A DNA stretch of 38,062 nt from Eubacteriales bacterium (GTDB lineage: Bacteria; Bacillota; Clostridia; Oscillospirales; CAG-272), in assembly GCA_045638405.1 (NCBI GenBank), contig JAZUBG010000240.1, positions 1 to 38,062 on the forward strand, given 5' to 3'. Under the pieces are notes generated by a model. It had not been told where the DNA came from. It saw only the letters and a program-made list of their open reading frames with translations, and did not search any database. Shown in pieces: positions 17,117 to 25,305 of this stretch. The translations under genes were made by a program, and so were the position numbers. Within the stretch, counting starts at the first letter, position 1; every line of letters starts with the position of its first letter.

Positions 17117-17156
17117 AATAATAACCAAGATTTCATGGAAAATTTTGGTTATTATT
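17117..17156 (+). terminator. AT-rich hairpin, a possible terminator of the yfcE-like gene
   Basis: Perfect 12-bp inverted repeat AATAATAACCAA (17117-17128) / TTGGTTATTATT (17145-17156) with a 16-nt loop, followed by a T-rich run. The stem is weak (AT-rich). Confidence 0.35.
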
Positions 17157-17171
17157 TATTTTGGTCAGTTA

Positions 17172-17200
17172 TTGCAAATTAATCCAATTTATGGTAAAAT
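17172..17200 (+). promoter_or_regulatory. Sigma-A-type promoter upstream of spo0A
   Basis: TTGCAA (17172-17177), a 17-nt spacer, then TAAAAT (17195-17200). A sigma-H-like AGGAAAT (17227-17233) ... GAAA (17245-17248) lies closer to the start codon (low confidence). Confidence 0.45.
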
Positions 17201-17268
17201 AACAATGGAATTGAAATGGAAATTTCAGGAAATAAAAACACTATGAAAAAGAACTGAGAGGGAAAATA

Positions 17269-18054
17269 ATGAATCAGGAAATTCACGTACTTATAGCGGA
17301 TGAAAATGCGGAAACCAGAAGAAGTATCAGGGAGCTTCTTACCAAGCGAGGCGGATGTGTAATAACCGAAGCGGATAACGGAGAGACAGCATATGAGAGA
17401 CTTCGCAGCGGAGACTACGACGTGGCTATTGCAGACGCATGGCTCAGCGGTATGGACGGGCTCACACTGATAAGACGTACGGCGGCACTTAAAGATAATC
17501 CTCCCGCATTTGTTATAGTAACACAGATCGCAAGCCAGAACGTGCTTGTTGAAGCAAACAGGGCAGGGGCGGAACTTTGTCTTACTAAGCCTATAGATTA
17601 CTCCATGTTTTCGGGGCAGCTTGACACTATCTGCCGCAATCGCGGACTTGTAAAATCGCTGTCATCGGGACAGAAAGGAAACGTTAAGCTGAACGTACCG
17701 CAGGATATTGAGTCTCAGGTTACGAAGATCATCCATCAGATCGGTGTACCCGCCCATATCAAGGGTTATCAGTATCTTAGAAGTGCTATACTTATGACTA
17801 TAAATGACAGTAACATAATCAACTCCGTAACGAAGGTGCTGTATCCCTCCGTTGCAAAACAGTATCAGACGACAACTTCAAGAGTTGAGAGAGCGATCCG
17901 TCACGCTATTGAGGTGGCATGGGACAGGGGCGATATTGACACTCTGAACTCTTACTTTGGATACACGATTCAGAATAATCGCGGTAAGCCTACGAACAGT
18001 GAATTTATCGCAATGATTGCAGATAATCTTAGATTGAAATATAAGATCAAGTAA
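17269..18054 (+). CDS. spo0A: Sporulation master regulator Spo0A
   Basis: N-terminal receiver domain (VLIADEN ... [14 protein letters not shown]). The C-terminal domain is unmistakably Spo0A: [16 protein letters not shown] ... [18 protein letters not shown] ... [17 protein letters not shown]. Confidence 0.95.
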   Translation: MNQEIHVLIADENAETRRSIRELLTKRGGCVITEADNGETAYERLRSGDYDVAIADAWLSGMDGLTLIRRTAALKDNPPAFVIVTQIASQNVLVEANRAGAELCLTKPIDYSMFSGQLDTICRNRGLVKSLSSGQKGNVKLNVPQDIESQVTKIIHQIGVPAHIKGYQYLRSAILMTINDSNIINSVTKVLYPSVAKQYQTTTSRVERAIRHAIEVAWDRGDIDTLNSYFGYTIQNNRGKPTNSEFIAMIADNLRLKYKIK

Positions 18055-18067
18055 AGCAGTAAGCTTC

Positions 18068-18096
18068 TTGACAAACGGAAGAAAATCTGCTAAAAT
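18068..18096 (+). promoter_or_regulatory. Near-consensus sigma-A promoter for the cyclophilin gene
   Basis: TTGACA (18068-18073), a 17-nt spacer, then TAAAAT (18091-18096). The TTG that the ORF track uses as a start codon is the -35 box. Confidence 0.6.
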
Positions 18097-18133
18097 ATTC
18101 CCGAACCAAATTAAGAAAGGTCAGGAATTAAAA

Positions 18134-18610
18134 ATGGTACAGATCACAATGCAGAACGGCGGCGTAATCAAGCTTGAGCTTGACAGTACAGCTGCCCCCA
18201 AAACAGTTGAAAACTTTATTAGTCTTGCAAAGGCAGGCTTCTACAACGGACTCATTTTCCACAGAGTTATCGCAGGATTTATGATCCAGGGTGGTGACCC
18301 CACAGGAAGCGGTATGGGCGGTTCCGACAAGAACATCATCGGTGAGTTTGCCATGAACGGTCATCCCAACCCCATCTCTCACGTACGCGGCGTTATCTCC
18401 ATGGCTCGCGCACAGAGCCCCAACTCCGCATCTTCTCAGTTCTTTATCGTTCACAAGGATTCTACGTTCCTTGACGGTCAGTATGCCGCATTCGGTAAGG
18501 TTGTTGAAGGTATGGAAGTTGTTGACGAGATCGCAAACGTGCAGACAAACTTCATGGATAAGCCTCTGAGAGATCAGGTTATCGATAGCATCGTTGTTAT
18601 CGAAGAGTAA
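18134..18610 (+). CDS. ppiB: Cyclophilin-type peptidyl-prolyl cis-trans isomerase
   Basis: Start at ATG 18134 (MVQITMQNGG). Motifs include FHRVIAGFMIQGGDP, ISMARA, SQFFIV and FGKVVEGMEVVD. Confidence 0.9.
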   Translation: MVQITMQNGGVIKLELDSTAAPKTVENFISLAKAGFYNGLIFHRVIAGFMIQGGDPTGSGMGGSDKNIIGEFAMNGHPNPISHVRGVISMARAQSPNSASSQFFIVHKDSTFLDGQYAAFGKVVEGMEVVDEIANVQTNFMDKPLRDQVIDSIVVIEE

Positions 18611-18615
18611 GCGAC

Positions 18616-19773
18616 GTGAAAAAACTGACAAGTAAAATAATGTCCGCAATGATCCTTTCGGGGATCGTTGCGGCATCTTTGGTCTCATGCGGCGGGCTTT
18701 TGAGAGAAGAGACAAATCCTCCCGCACGTGAGGATATACCCGTAACTCAGACCGAGGGAAAGGGTACGGAAAGTGGGAAATATACCGAAACGGAGCCGTC
18801 CGTGCCCGCAAAGCCGGATAAAACGGTGGATCTTACGGATGAAGCAGACGTTACTGCAGACACTCTCCGCGAGGTCATGAAGACTTATCCGAATCTCGAA
18901 ACGCTCACAGCGGCAGACGTAACCCTTCAGATGAAGGATTACGTTGAGATATGTAAGATGAACGGTAAGGCTGACGTAATAACAAAGGTTGCCTTTGACG
19001 GTACGGTGGCTGACCTTTCTCTTGACGAGATCGACATCAGCGGTACTGTAGTTACAGACAAGATTCTTTTTGAGGAATTTCTTTCCGTGATCCCGGCAGG
19101 ACGTAAGCTTATCATGTGCGACTGCGGCTATACCAACGAAGAAATGGGAGAGTTACGTGAGAAGTACGCGGACACTGAGTTTGTGTGGAGACTCTACCTC
19201 AGCAAGTGGAACCTCCGAACAGACGACGAAGCTTTTTCCGTTATGATATATGCGGCTGATACATACAAGCCTTTAACGACGGAGGATATAGAGGTTCTTC
19301 GTTACTGCACGAACCTTTATGCTCTTGACCTCGGTCATCAGGATATAACGGATCTTACTCCTATTGGTGAGATAACCACACTCAGAGTGCTTATCCTTGC
19401 GGATAACGAGATCTCCGACGTAACGCCTCTCGGTAATCTGAAGGAGCTTCAGTATCTTGAACTTTTCGTAAACAGGATCACGGATCTGTCACCTCTGGCA
19501 CAGTGCACGGAGCTCGTTGACCTGAATTTCGGCTGGAACAGAGTGTACGACATTTCACCTATCTACTCACTTCCGAAGATAGAGCGTCTGTGGCTTCCCA
19601 CAAATCATGTTCCCTACAGTGCAAGAGACAGCATATCTGCCGCATTTCCTAATGCACAGATCGTGTTTGAAGACAAAGACTCGGTTTCAAGCGGTTGGAG
19701 AACTCACGAGAGATATTTCTCCATGAGAGGAATGTTTAATAATAACAAATACGACGAGAATTTCGTAAAATGA
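18616..19773 (+). CDS. Leucine-rich-repeat (internalin-like) lipoprotein
   Basis: GTG start, signal peptide and lipobox LVS-C. The C-terminal half has about 22-aa LRRs (LDLGHQDITDLTPIGEITTLRVLILADNEISDVTPLGNLKELQYLELFVNRITDLSPL...). Confidence 0.8.
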   Translation: MKKLTSKIMSAMILSGIVAASLVSCGGLLREETNPPAREDIPVTQTEGKGTESGKYTETEPSVPAKPDKTVDLTDEADVTADTLREVMKTYPNLETLTAADVTLQMKDYVEICKMNGKADVITKVAFDGTVADLSLDEIDISGTVVTDKILFEEFLSVIPAGRKLIMCDCGYTNEEMGELREKYADTEFVWRLYLSKWNLRTDDEAFSVMIYAADTYKPLTTEDIEVLRYCTNLYALDLGHQDITDLTPIGEITTLRVLILADNEISDVTPLGNLKELQYLELFVNRITDLSPLAQCTELVDLNFGWNRVYDISPIYSLPKIERLWLPTNHVPYSARDSISAAFPNAQIVFEDKDSVSSGWRTHERYFSMRGMFNNNKYDENFVK

Positions 19774-19779
19774 TGAAAG

Positions 19780-19815
19780 ACGGTGTCGTCCCGAAAGGGA
19801 AAGGCACCGTTTTTT
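19780..19815 (+). terminator. Rho-independent terminator
   Basis: ACGGTG (19780-19785) ... CACCGT (19805-19810) with an inner TCCC-gaaa-GGGA hairpin, followed by TTTTT. Confidence 0.8.
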
Positions 19816-19839
19816 AATGATGCAATTTAAAATATCGTC

Positions 19840-19900
19840 GTAGGGCGATGACTCGCTCCCGACATTTTATATTACCTTTCTTCGGCGGCAGCAAGCCGCC
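19840..19900 (+). repeat. REP-like sequences upstream of the transposase-like gene
   Basis: GTAGGGCGATGACTCGCTCCCGAC (19840-19863) shares GTAGGG...CTCGCTCC...CG with the unit found twice inside the downstream CDS. A GC hairpin GGCGG-cagcaag-CCGCC lies at 19884-19900. Confidence 0.4.
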
Positions 19901-20027
19901 ATACGAAAAAACTTCTGTAGTAAAAAACAGACTTCTTGTATGAATTGGCATAGGGAAGTATCGCATATTTCGGCAGAAGAACTTTTCTTCCTGACAATTT
20001 TGTGATATAATGATACGGGTGATAAAT

Positions 20028-20576
20028 ATGAAAAAAGAATTACCAAAACGAAAATCCACACGACTAAAGAATTTTGATTATAGTACTATAGGTGCATATT
20101 TCATTACGATATGTACACGGGACAGGTTACAAATATTATCCGAAGTTGTCAAAACAGATTTTGCGACTACCACCGAAACGTTCAATTTCGCGGTAGGGGA
20201 GGGGCTCGCTCCTCCCGCGTTCCTCAAATATTCGATTATGTTGAAACCCTGTGGCGAGGTTGCTAAGGAACAATTACAGTTGATTGAAAAACACTTTCCG
20301 AGCGTAACCGTTAAAGATTTTGTCGTTATGCCCGATCATATTCATGCAATTATATTCTTACACGAAAATGCGGGAGGAGCAAGCCCCTCCCCTACCTTGA
20401 ATGATGTAATCTGCGCGTTCAAATCGTTAACATCACGTATTTGTAAGCAAAAATACGGTATTGAAAGAATTTTTCAGAGATCATCTGCCGATCATATTGT
20501 TCGCGACCGAGAAGATTACGAAACACGAAGAAAAAATATATATGAGAATCCTATGCGTTGGTATTATAAATATTAG
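20028..20576 (+). CDS. Y1/HUH transposase-like protein (IS200-like / REP-associated tyrosine transposase family)
   Basis: Start at ATG 20028 (MKKELPKRKSTRLKNFDYS). HUH motif MPDHIHAIIF and a C-terminal Tyr block RRKNIYENPMRW. About 180 aa, single gene, no TnpB partner. Confidence 0.75.
   Translation: MKKELPKRKSTRLKNFDYSTIGAYFITICTRDRLQILSEVVKTDFATTTETFNFAVGEGLAPPAFLKYSIMLKPCGEVAKEQLQLIEKHFPSVTVKDFVVMPDHIHAIIFLHENAGGASPSPTLNDVICAFKSLTSRICKQKYGIERIFQRSSADHIVRDREDYETRRKNIYENPMRWYYKY
20193..20395. repeat. 25/26-nt inverted repeat of a self-complementary REP-like unit, inside the transposase-like CDS
   Basis: 20193-20218 is GTAGGGGAGGGGCTCGCTCCTCCCGC, whose reverse complement is GCGGGAGGAGCGAGCCCCTCCCCTAC. 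20370-20395 is GCGGGAGGAGCAAGCCCCTCCCCTAC, one mismatch. Each arm itself folds as GGGAGG-8nt-CCTCCC. Confidence 0.8.
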
Positions 20577-20662
20577 AATATAGAAATATAGGGGTGGGAC
20601 ATAACTGATAAGCTTGTTATATAAATACGAAACTCGCGATAAAAAGTAAAGGAGTAAAACAA

Positions 20663-21247
20663 ATGGCGAAAATAATATTGTCATCCTGTGATTTCAGGAA
20701 TGACGAATCTGCTAAATGTATATATGATAATTTGCCTGTCCCAATACAGCAATGTAAGGTGCTATATTTCCCCAACGAAAAGGCAACCGTAGAAAGTATA
20801 AGGAGTAATAAGTTCTATAATCGTCTTTCTGAATTTGGATTTAAGAAAGAAAATATATATATTTTTAATTACTTTTCTCCTCAAGATTTTGATGCAAGCA
20901 ACAGTATAGACATTATATATATTAGTGGCGGAAATACTTTTGGAACGTTAAAAAGAATTAGAGAGTCAGGGGCAGATAAGATAATTTTAAATTATGTGTC
21001 TTGCGGATCAATGTATATTGGAGGTAGTGCCGGCGCACACATTGCATCCCGATCAATTGAACATGTTGCTAAATATGATGTTGACACATTTGGACTAACA
21101 GATTTTTCAGGTCTGAATTTATTTAATGGGATTTTGATATGTCATTATTCAGAATTACGTCAAGCAGACTACATATATTTGGTTAATCAAGGAGAACAAA
21201 ACATAATAAGACTCCGAGATCAAGATGCTATAATAACAGAAAGATAG
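20663..21247 (+). CDS. Peptidase S51 (dipeptidase E)-like / type-1 glutamine amidotransferase-like protein
   Basis: AGGAG RBS. ISGGNTF and the nucleophile elbow YIGGSAGAHIAS are typical of S51. The gene is visibly AT-rich relative to its neighbours. Confidence 0.7.
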   Translation: MAKIILSSCDFRNDESAKCIYDNLPVPIQQCKVLYFPNEKATVESIRSNKFYNRLSEFGFKKENIYIFNYFSPQDFDASNSIDIIYISGGNTFGTLKRIRESGADKIILNYVSCGSMYIGGSAGAHIASRSIEHVAKYDVDTFGLTDFSGLNLFNGILICHYSELRQADYIYLVNQGEQNIIRLRDQDAIITER

Positions 21248-21254
21248 AGAATAA

Positions 21255-21290
21255 CCCCGACAGACTGTAAAAATCTGTCGGGGTTTAATA
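21255..21290. terminator. Bidirectional terminator between the convergent S51 and oxidoreductase genes
   Basis: CCCCGACAGA (21255-21264), a 9-nt loop, then TCTGTCGGGG (21274-21283), flanked by A/T runs on both sides. Confidence 0.75.
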
Positions 21291-21337
21291 TTCTTATGAG
21301 AAGCGACCTTCACTAAGTCCGTTTCTGTTTTTTTCAA

Positions 21338-22720
21338 TTAACCAAGGTTTGCGGAGCCGCCTGCGGAAAGGGTCTTTGCAACCTCAACACCGCATACTTC
21401 CTGAATTGTCTTGTTCTGGTGGATAGCAAGATATGCCGCAACACCTGCAGCCTCACCGATCTGGTTGAGGTTGACCATTACGCGAAGTGCGCCGAATGCA
21501 GAAGAATCAGCATTAATCATACGGCCTGCCGCGATGAGGTTTGAGTAGTTATCCTGAACGATAGCCTTGAAGGGAAGCTGATAGAAGGTGGGCATGGGAC
21601 CGTCTGTGGGAAGACCCTGCTCAGCTCTCCAGTTACCCTGACGGATATTACCGTAGGAGTCCTCAACGGAGTAAGTACCGTCAAGTCTGAGGAACTTGAT
21701 ACCTTCCTTATCATGGTGAGCGTCTACGTTGTAGGTACCGCGGAGGATACAGTCGTCGTAGTTCTGACCCATAAGAAGATCAAGGGCATTAGCCTGATAA
21801 GTTGTCTTGTAGTGGTAAGTATCTCTGATACCGATGTAAGAACAGTCGGAAATGAGAGAGTAGGTCTCGTTCGGATCGCCGTACTTTCTGAGAAGTTTAT
21901 TGACCTTGCGCATTTTCTCACGTCCCTTAAGTTCAGCATAGGTAAGATCCTCTGCCTTAGCGCAGTTTACGTTGAATACGTGAGTGTTGGCTCTCATCTT
22001 CATCTTGTAGTGACCGGGGATCTTTACAGCCCAACCCCAGTCGCGCTCAATGTCGAACTCCTCGCAGTGCTCGTTGAGAAGGTGAGTTACGGGGTCGCTT
22101 CCTACGATCTGACATCTGTCAACGATGATCTGGTCGTCACCCTGATGGAGGAATACGTATGTGGGAGGCTGAATGTGATCGTTTTCAAATCTTTCGATCT
22201 TAAGGTCACGGCAAAGGTCGCCGTCACCTGTAGCGTCGATAAAGAACTTAGCCTTGATAGCGCCGCGGCCGTCCTTGTTTTCAACGAAGATAGCCTGAAT
22301 GTCCTTACCGTCGGTAACGATACCTGCGTAATATGTATGGAGGTAGATCTTGACACCGCACTCCTGAAGCAATGTGTCAAGCTCGCACTTCAGCTCAACG
22401 GGATTGAATACGTGAGATTTTCCATCGTCAGCACCGTAGATAGTATGGTCAATTTTGTCCATACGTTCGAGAGTCTCTTCTGTAAGACCTGAAATGACCT
22501 GAGTCTTTCCGTCAGTGGAAAGGAAGGTGTGCCACAGACCTACAAGACCGTTGGATGCAACGCCTCCGAAGCTGTTCTGACACTCAACGATAACTACCTT
22601 TGCACCGAGTCTTGCAGCTCTTACAGCGGCAAAAACACCTGTTGCTGAACCGCCGACAACACAAATATCGGCTTCGTAAATTACGGGCACCTGTTTGGGT
22701 GCTTCATTTATAAATGCCAT
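21338..22720 (-). CDS. FAD-dependent oxidoreductase (FAD_oxidored/PF12831-like)
   Basis: Rossmann dinucleotide motif ICVVGGSATGVFAAVRAARLGAKVVIVE near the N-terminus. I place the start at ATG 22720 (MAFINE), which has a GGAGAA RBS. The track start 22777 has none and would lie almost at the predicted TSS. Confidence 0.8.
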   Translation of the reverse strand: MAFINEAPKQVPVIYEADICVVGGSATGVFAAVRAARLGAKVVIVECQNSFGGVASNGLVGLWHTFLSTDGKTQVISGLTEETLERMDKIDHTIYGADDGKSHVFNPVELKCELDTLLQECGVKIYLHTYYAGIVTDGKDIQAIFVENKDGRGAIKAKFFIDATGDGDLCRDLKIERFENDHIQPPTYVFLHQGDDQIIVDRCQIVGSDPVTHLLNEHCEEFDIERDWGWAVKIPGHYKMKMRANTHVFNVNCAKAEDLTYAELKGREKMRKVNKLLRKYGDPNETYSLISDCSYIGIRDTYHYKTTYQANALDLLMGQNYDDCILRGTYNVDAHHDKEGIKFLRLDGTYSVEDSYGNIRQGNWRAEQGLPTDGPMPTFYQLPFKAIVQDNYSNLIAAGRMINADSSAFGALRVMVNLNQIGEAAGVAAYLAIHQNKTIQEVCGVEVAKTLSAGGSANLG

Positions 22721-22977
22721 ATGATTCTCCATTCTGCCAATATCGGCAAAGTCGTTTTTGGGAAATCCCATAATCATTCACTTTATTATATCACATAAAA
22801 ATAGGCTTGTCCCGCTTTTTTTCAAAAAAAATCAGAAAAATCGAGATTTCGTGTATATTGCCACACTAAAGAGTTTTTTCTGTGCTTCTTAGGTCAACTT
22901 AACGGGTAAAAAAACAGCTCAATTTGATGACAAAGTGTATTTTTAATAATATACTTAGCAAAATGCACAAAGCGAAA

Positions 22978-23010
22978 CCAAATCAAAACCTCCCTTTGTG
23001 TAAAGGGAGG
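22978..23010 (-). terminator. Perfect 9-bp hairpin plus U-tract on the minus strand
   Basis: The minus strand reads CCTCCCTTT-acac-AAAGGGAGG followed by TTTTGATTT (RC of 22981-23010). No T-tract follows on the + strand. It lies about 260 nt downstream of the yihY-like stop. Confidence 0.5.
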
Positions 23011-23036
23011 TGGGCAAAATCTTTTGACTTTGGTCG

Positions 23037-23078
23037 GAGGGATTGTAAAAGACAAAAACCTCCCAAAAACAATCCCTC
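23037..23078. repeat. 10-bp inverted repeat with a 22-nt loop
   Basis: GAGGGATTGT (23037-23046) / ACAATCCCTC (23069-23078). It is part of a palindrome-dense stretch at 22989-23175. Confidence 0.5.
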
Positions 23079-23268
23079 AGTCAGCTTCGCCGACAGGTCT
23101 AACAGGCCGGTCCCTTCTGTCCTTCGGACATCTTCACGTTTTATAAGGCGTCACCCTTTGACAAGGGAACCTTGTTATTTGTGCAGTTTTATATATCAGT
23201 TCTCTTGCGTTGAGGGTTTGTCAGTGGTCTGAGCTATCCTGAGTAAAGGAGAACTGTTGGTGATGGAG

Positions 23269-24270
23269 TTATTTGTTGACTTCCGTGTCTGATTCCGTAT
23301 TTGAAGTTCGTATTTCACGTCTGACTTTCGCTTTTCTGCGGAAGTTTCTGCCGATCATTGCCCAAAGCTTGTTAAATTCTGCTCCGCAAAGCAGTATTAT
23401 CATACAGCAATAGAGCCAGAAAAGAAGGAGTACAATGGCGGTAAGACTACCGTAAATGTAGGAAACGTCTGTGAAATATATGGTGTAGAGTGAGTAAAAA
23501 TATGAGAAGAGAAGCCAGCCCGCAGATGCCACGAGAGCTCCCGGAACGTGACTGAAAAGACGCTTTCCGGGAAGGGTACTGCGTCTGCCTACCGAGAAAT
23601 AAAGGAGCGTGAAGAACAGTGCTAAAATTACGTAGAAAATCGCATTTCTGTACTCAAACACTCCTTCAAATCTTTTGAAAAATTCAAAGTGCTCGAGTAG
23701 TGTGGCGTTCAGCTGCTCTCCGAAAAGAAGGACAGTGATAGCCGCAATGATAAGGACGATAAACACCGCCGTATATGCAAAAGAACTAAGGATTCCGCGT
23801 ATAAAAGACTTTGGTGCGGGGGCTTTGTAAACTGTGGCAACACCGTCTTTAACCGATGCTATACCTCTCGATACGGTCCAGAACGTGATTACCGCTGTGA
23901 TGGAGATAAGCTGCATTTCAGGTCGAGCCATCATTTCGTTGATAATGGACAAATAAAGGTTTCTGATTCCACCCGGAATATTGTTTCCGAAGGCGAACAT
24001 TATATCGTAAAACCTTTCGGGAATGATGTATCTTGAAACGCTGAACAGCAACATGATAAACGGAATAGCGGCAATAACAATAAAGAACGAAGCCTGTGCG
24101 GCATAAACGGTCACACGGTCTTCATCAATGACGGCAAAAGCGCCTTTGACCTTGTTTACGATGCCTCTGAGAGAAAATGTATGAGATTTTTTGTTTGACA
24201 TTTCTCCGTTATTTGAAGACATAGCTTCCCGACGCGGAAGACTGAATTTACCTTGCGGTAACTTCCGCAC
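23269..24270 (-). CDS. YihY/BrkB-family membrane protein
   Basis: VYAAQASFFIVIAAIPFIMLLF followed by about 6 TM segments, which is the YihY family architecture. The start is uncertain: GTG 24270, ATG 24222 and ATG 24201 all lack well-spaced RBSs. Confidence 0.8.
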   Translation of the reverse strand: MRKLPQGKFSLPRREAMSSNNGEMSNKKSHTFSLRGIVNKVKGAFAVIDEDRVTVYAAQASFFIVIAAIPFIMLLFSVSRYIIPERFYDIMFAFGNNIPGGIRNLYLSIINEMMARPEMQLISITAVITFWTVSRGIASVKDGVATVYKAPAPKSFIRGILSSFAYTAVFIVLIIAAITVLLFGEQLNATLLEHFEFFKRFEGVFEYRNAIFYVILALFFTLLYFSVGRRSTLPGKRLFSHVPGALVASAGWLLFSYFYSLYTIYFTDVSYIYGSLTAIVLLLFWLYCCMIILLCGAEFNKLWAMIGRNFRRKAKVRREIRTSNTESDTEVNK

Positions 24271-24321
24271 CGAATGGGTTGCTTTATCGCATATGATTTG
24301 ATATAATAAGTATACACATAT

Positions 24322-24350
24322 ATTCTACCACTAATAACCCGTTTTGTCAA
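24322..24350 (-). promoter_or_regulatory. Sigma-A-type promoter for the yihY-like gene
   Basis: On the minus strand: TTGACA (RC of 24345-24350), a 17-nt spacer, then TGgTAGAAT (TAGAAT is the RC of 24322-24327). Confidence 0.5.
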
Positions 24351-24465
24351 ATATAAAAGTGTGACCACACGGTTAAGATTCCTGTTATTATGTGTAAAAC
24401 ATGATGTTTCAGAGATTACTTCGCTTTTTTACGGTGGATTTGAATATTTTTGGAGGTAAAAGAAA

Positions 24466-25305
24466 ATGTTTTATATAGGTTGCCATTTGTCGGTTTCGGA
24501 AGGTTATGCGGCAATGGGAAGACGTGCGCTCAGTATCGGTGCCAATACTTTTCAGTTTTTTACAAAAAATCCGCGTGGGCGATCAAGCGGAAATCTTCCC
24601 GGTGAAGATGACGTAGCTGCTCTTCGCGAAATACTCGCTGAAAACGGAATGAGAGTGCCTCTTGCTCACGCACCGTATACTTACAATCCGTGCTCGAAGG
24701 ATCCTGATATAAGAGAATATACCGCGAGAGCTATGGGGGAAGAACTCAGATTTCTTGAGTCTATACCGGGCGCGATGTATAATTTTCACCCGGGGTGTCA
24801 CGTTGGACAGGGTGTGGAAGCGGGAATTGACTATATCTCGGAAATGCTTAACAACATAATGTGGGAAGGAATGAAGACCACTGTTCTGCTTGAGACTATG
24901 TCAGGTAAAGGAACTGAGCTTGGCAGGAACTTCGAGGAGCTTGCCGAAGTGATCGGTAAACTGTCTCCGCCGTTGAGAAACCATGTCGGTGTGTGCCTTG
25001 ATACCTGCCACGTTCACGACGGAGGTTATCCTTTGGCGACGGATCCTGTGGCTGTTCTTTCTGAATTTGACAGAGTTATCGGAATAAAATATCTTAAAGC
25101 GATTCATATGAATGACAGTAAAAACGAAATGGGTTCATCAAAAGACCGTCATGAGAGACTGGGCGAAGGTACGATCCCGCTTGAAACCATGGCATATCTT
25201 ATAAATCATCCGTTGACGGAGGGAATACCGTTCTATCTTGAAACACCATGTGACCTGGACGGATATGCATCTGAGATACGAATGCTTAAGGAGCTGAAAC
25301 TTTGA
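24466..25305 (+). CDS. nfo: Deoxyribonuclease IV (endonuclease IV)
   Basis: GGAGG RBS. IGCHLS at the N-terminus, plus FQFFTKNPRG, HAPY, ETM, CLDTCH and HMNDSK blocks typical of the Nfo TIM barrel. Confidence 0.9.
   Translation: MFYIGCHLSVSEGYAAMGRRALSIGANTFQFFTKNPRGRSSGNLPGEDDVAALREILAENGMRVPLAHAPYTYNPCSKDPDIREYTARAMGEELRFLESIPGAMYNFHPGCHVGQGVEAGIDYISEMLNNIMWEGMKTTVLLETMSGKGTELGRNFEELAEVIGKLSPPLRNHVGVCLDTCHVHDGGYPLATDPVAVLSEFDRVIGIKYLKAIHMNDSKNEMGSSKDRHERLGEGTIPLETMAYLINHPLTEGIPFYLETPCDLDGYASEIRMLKELKL

Noticed and set aside
21713-22492. 259-aa ORF on the + strand
   Set aside because: It is antisense to the FAD-dependent oxidoreductase, has no RBS, and its Val/Leu-rich composition is that of a shadow frame.
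22924-23232. 102-aa + strand ORF in the long intergenic region
   Set aside because: It has no RBS. Its translation (PLCKGRWAKSFDFGRRDCKRQKPPKNNPSVSFADRS...) is the kind of Pro/Arg/Ser-rich product generated by reading through GC palindromes, and it runs through all the hairpins.
23229-23239. GGATAGCTCAG on the minus strand, reminiscent of a tRNA D-arm
   Set aside because: There is no acceptor stem, no GGTTCGAATCC-type T-arm at the right distance, and no anticodon stem can be drawn.
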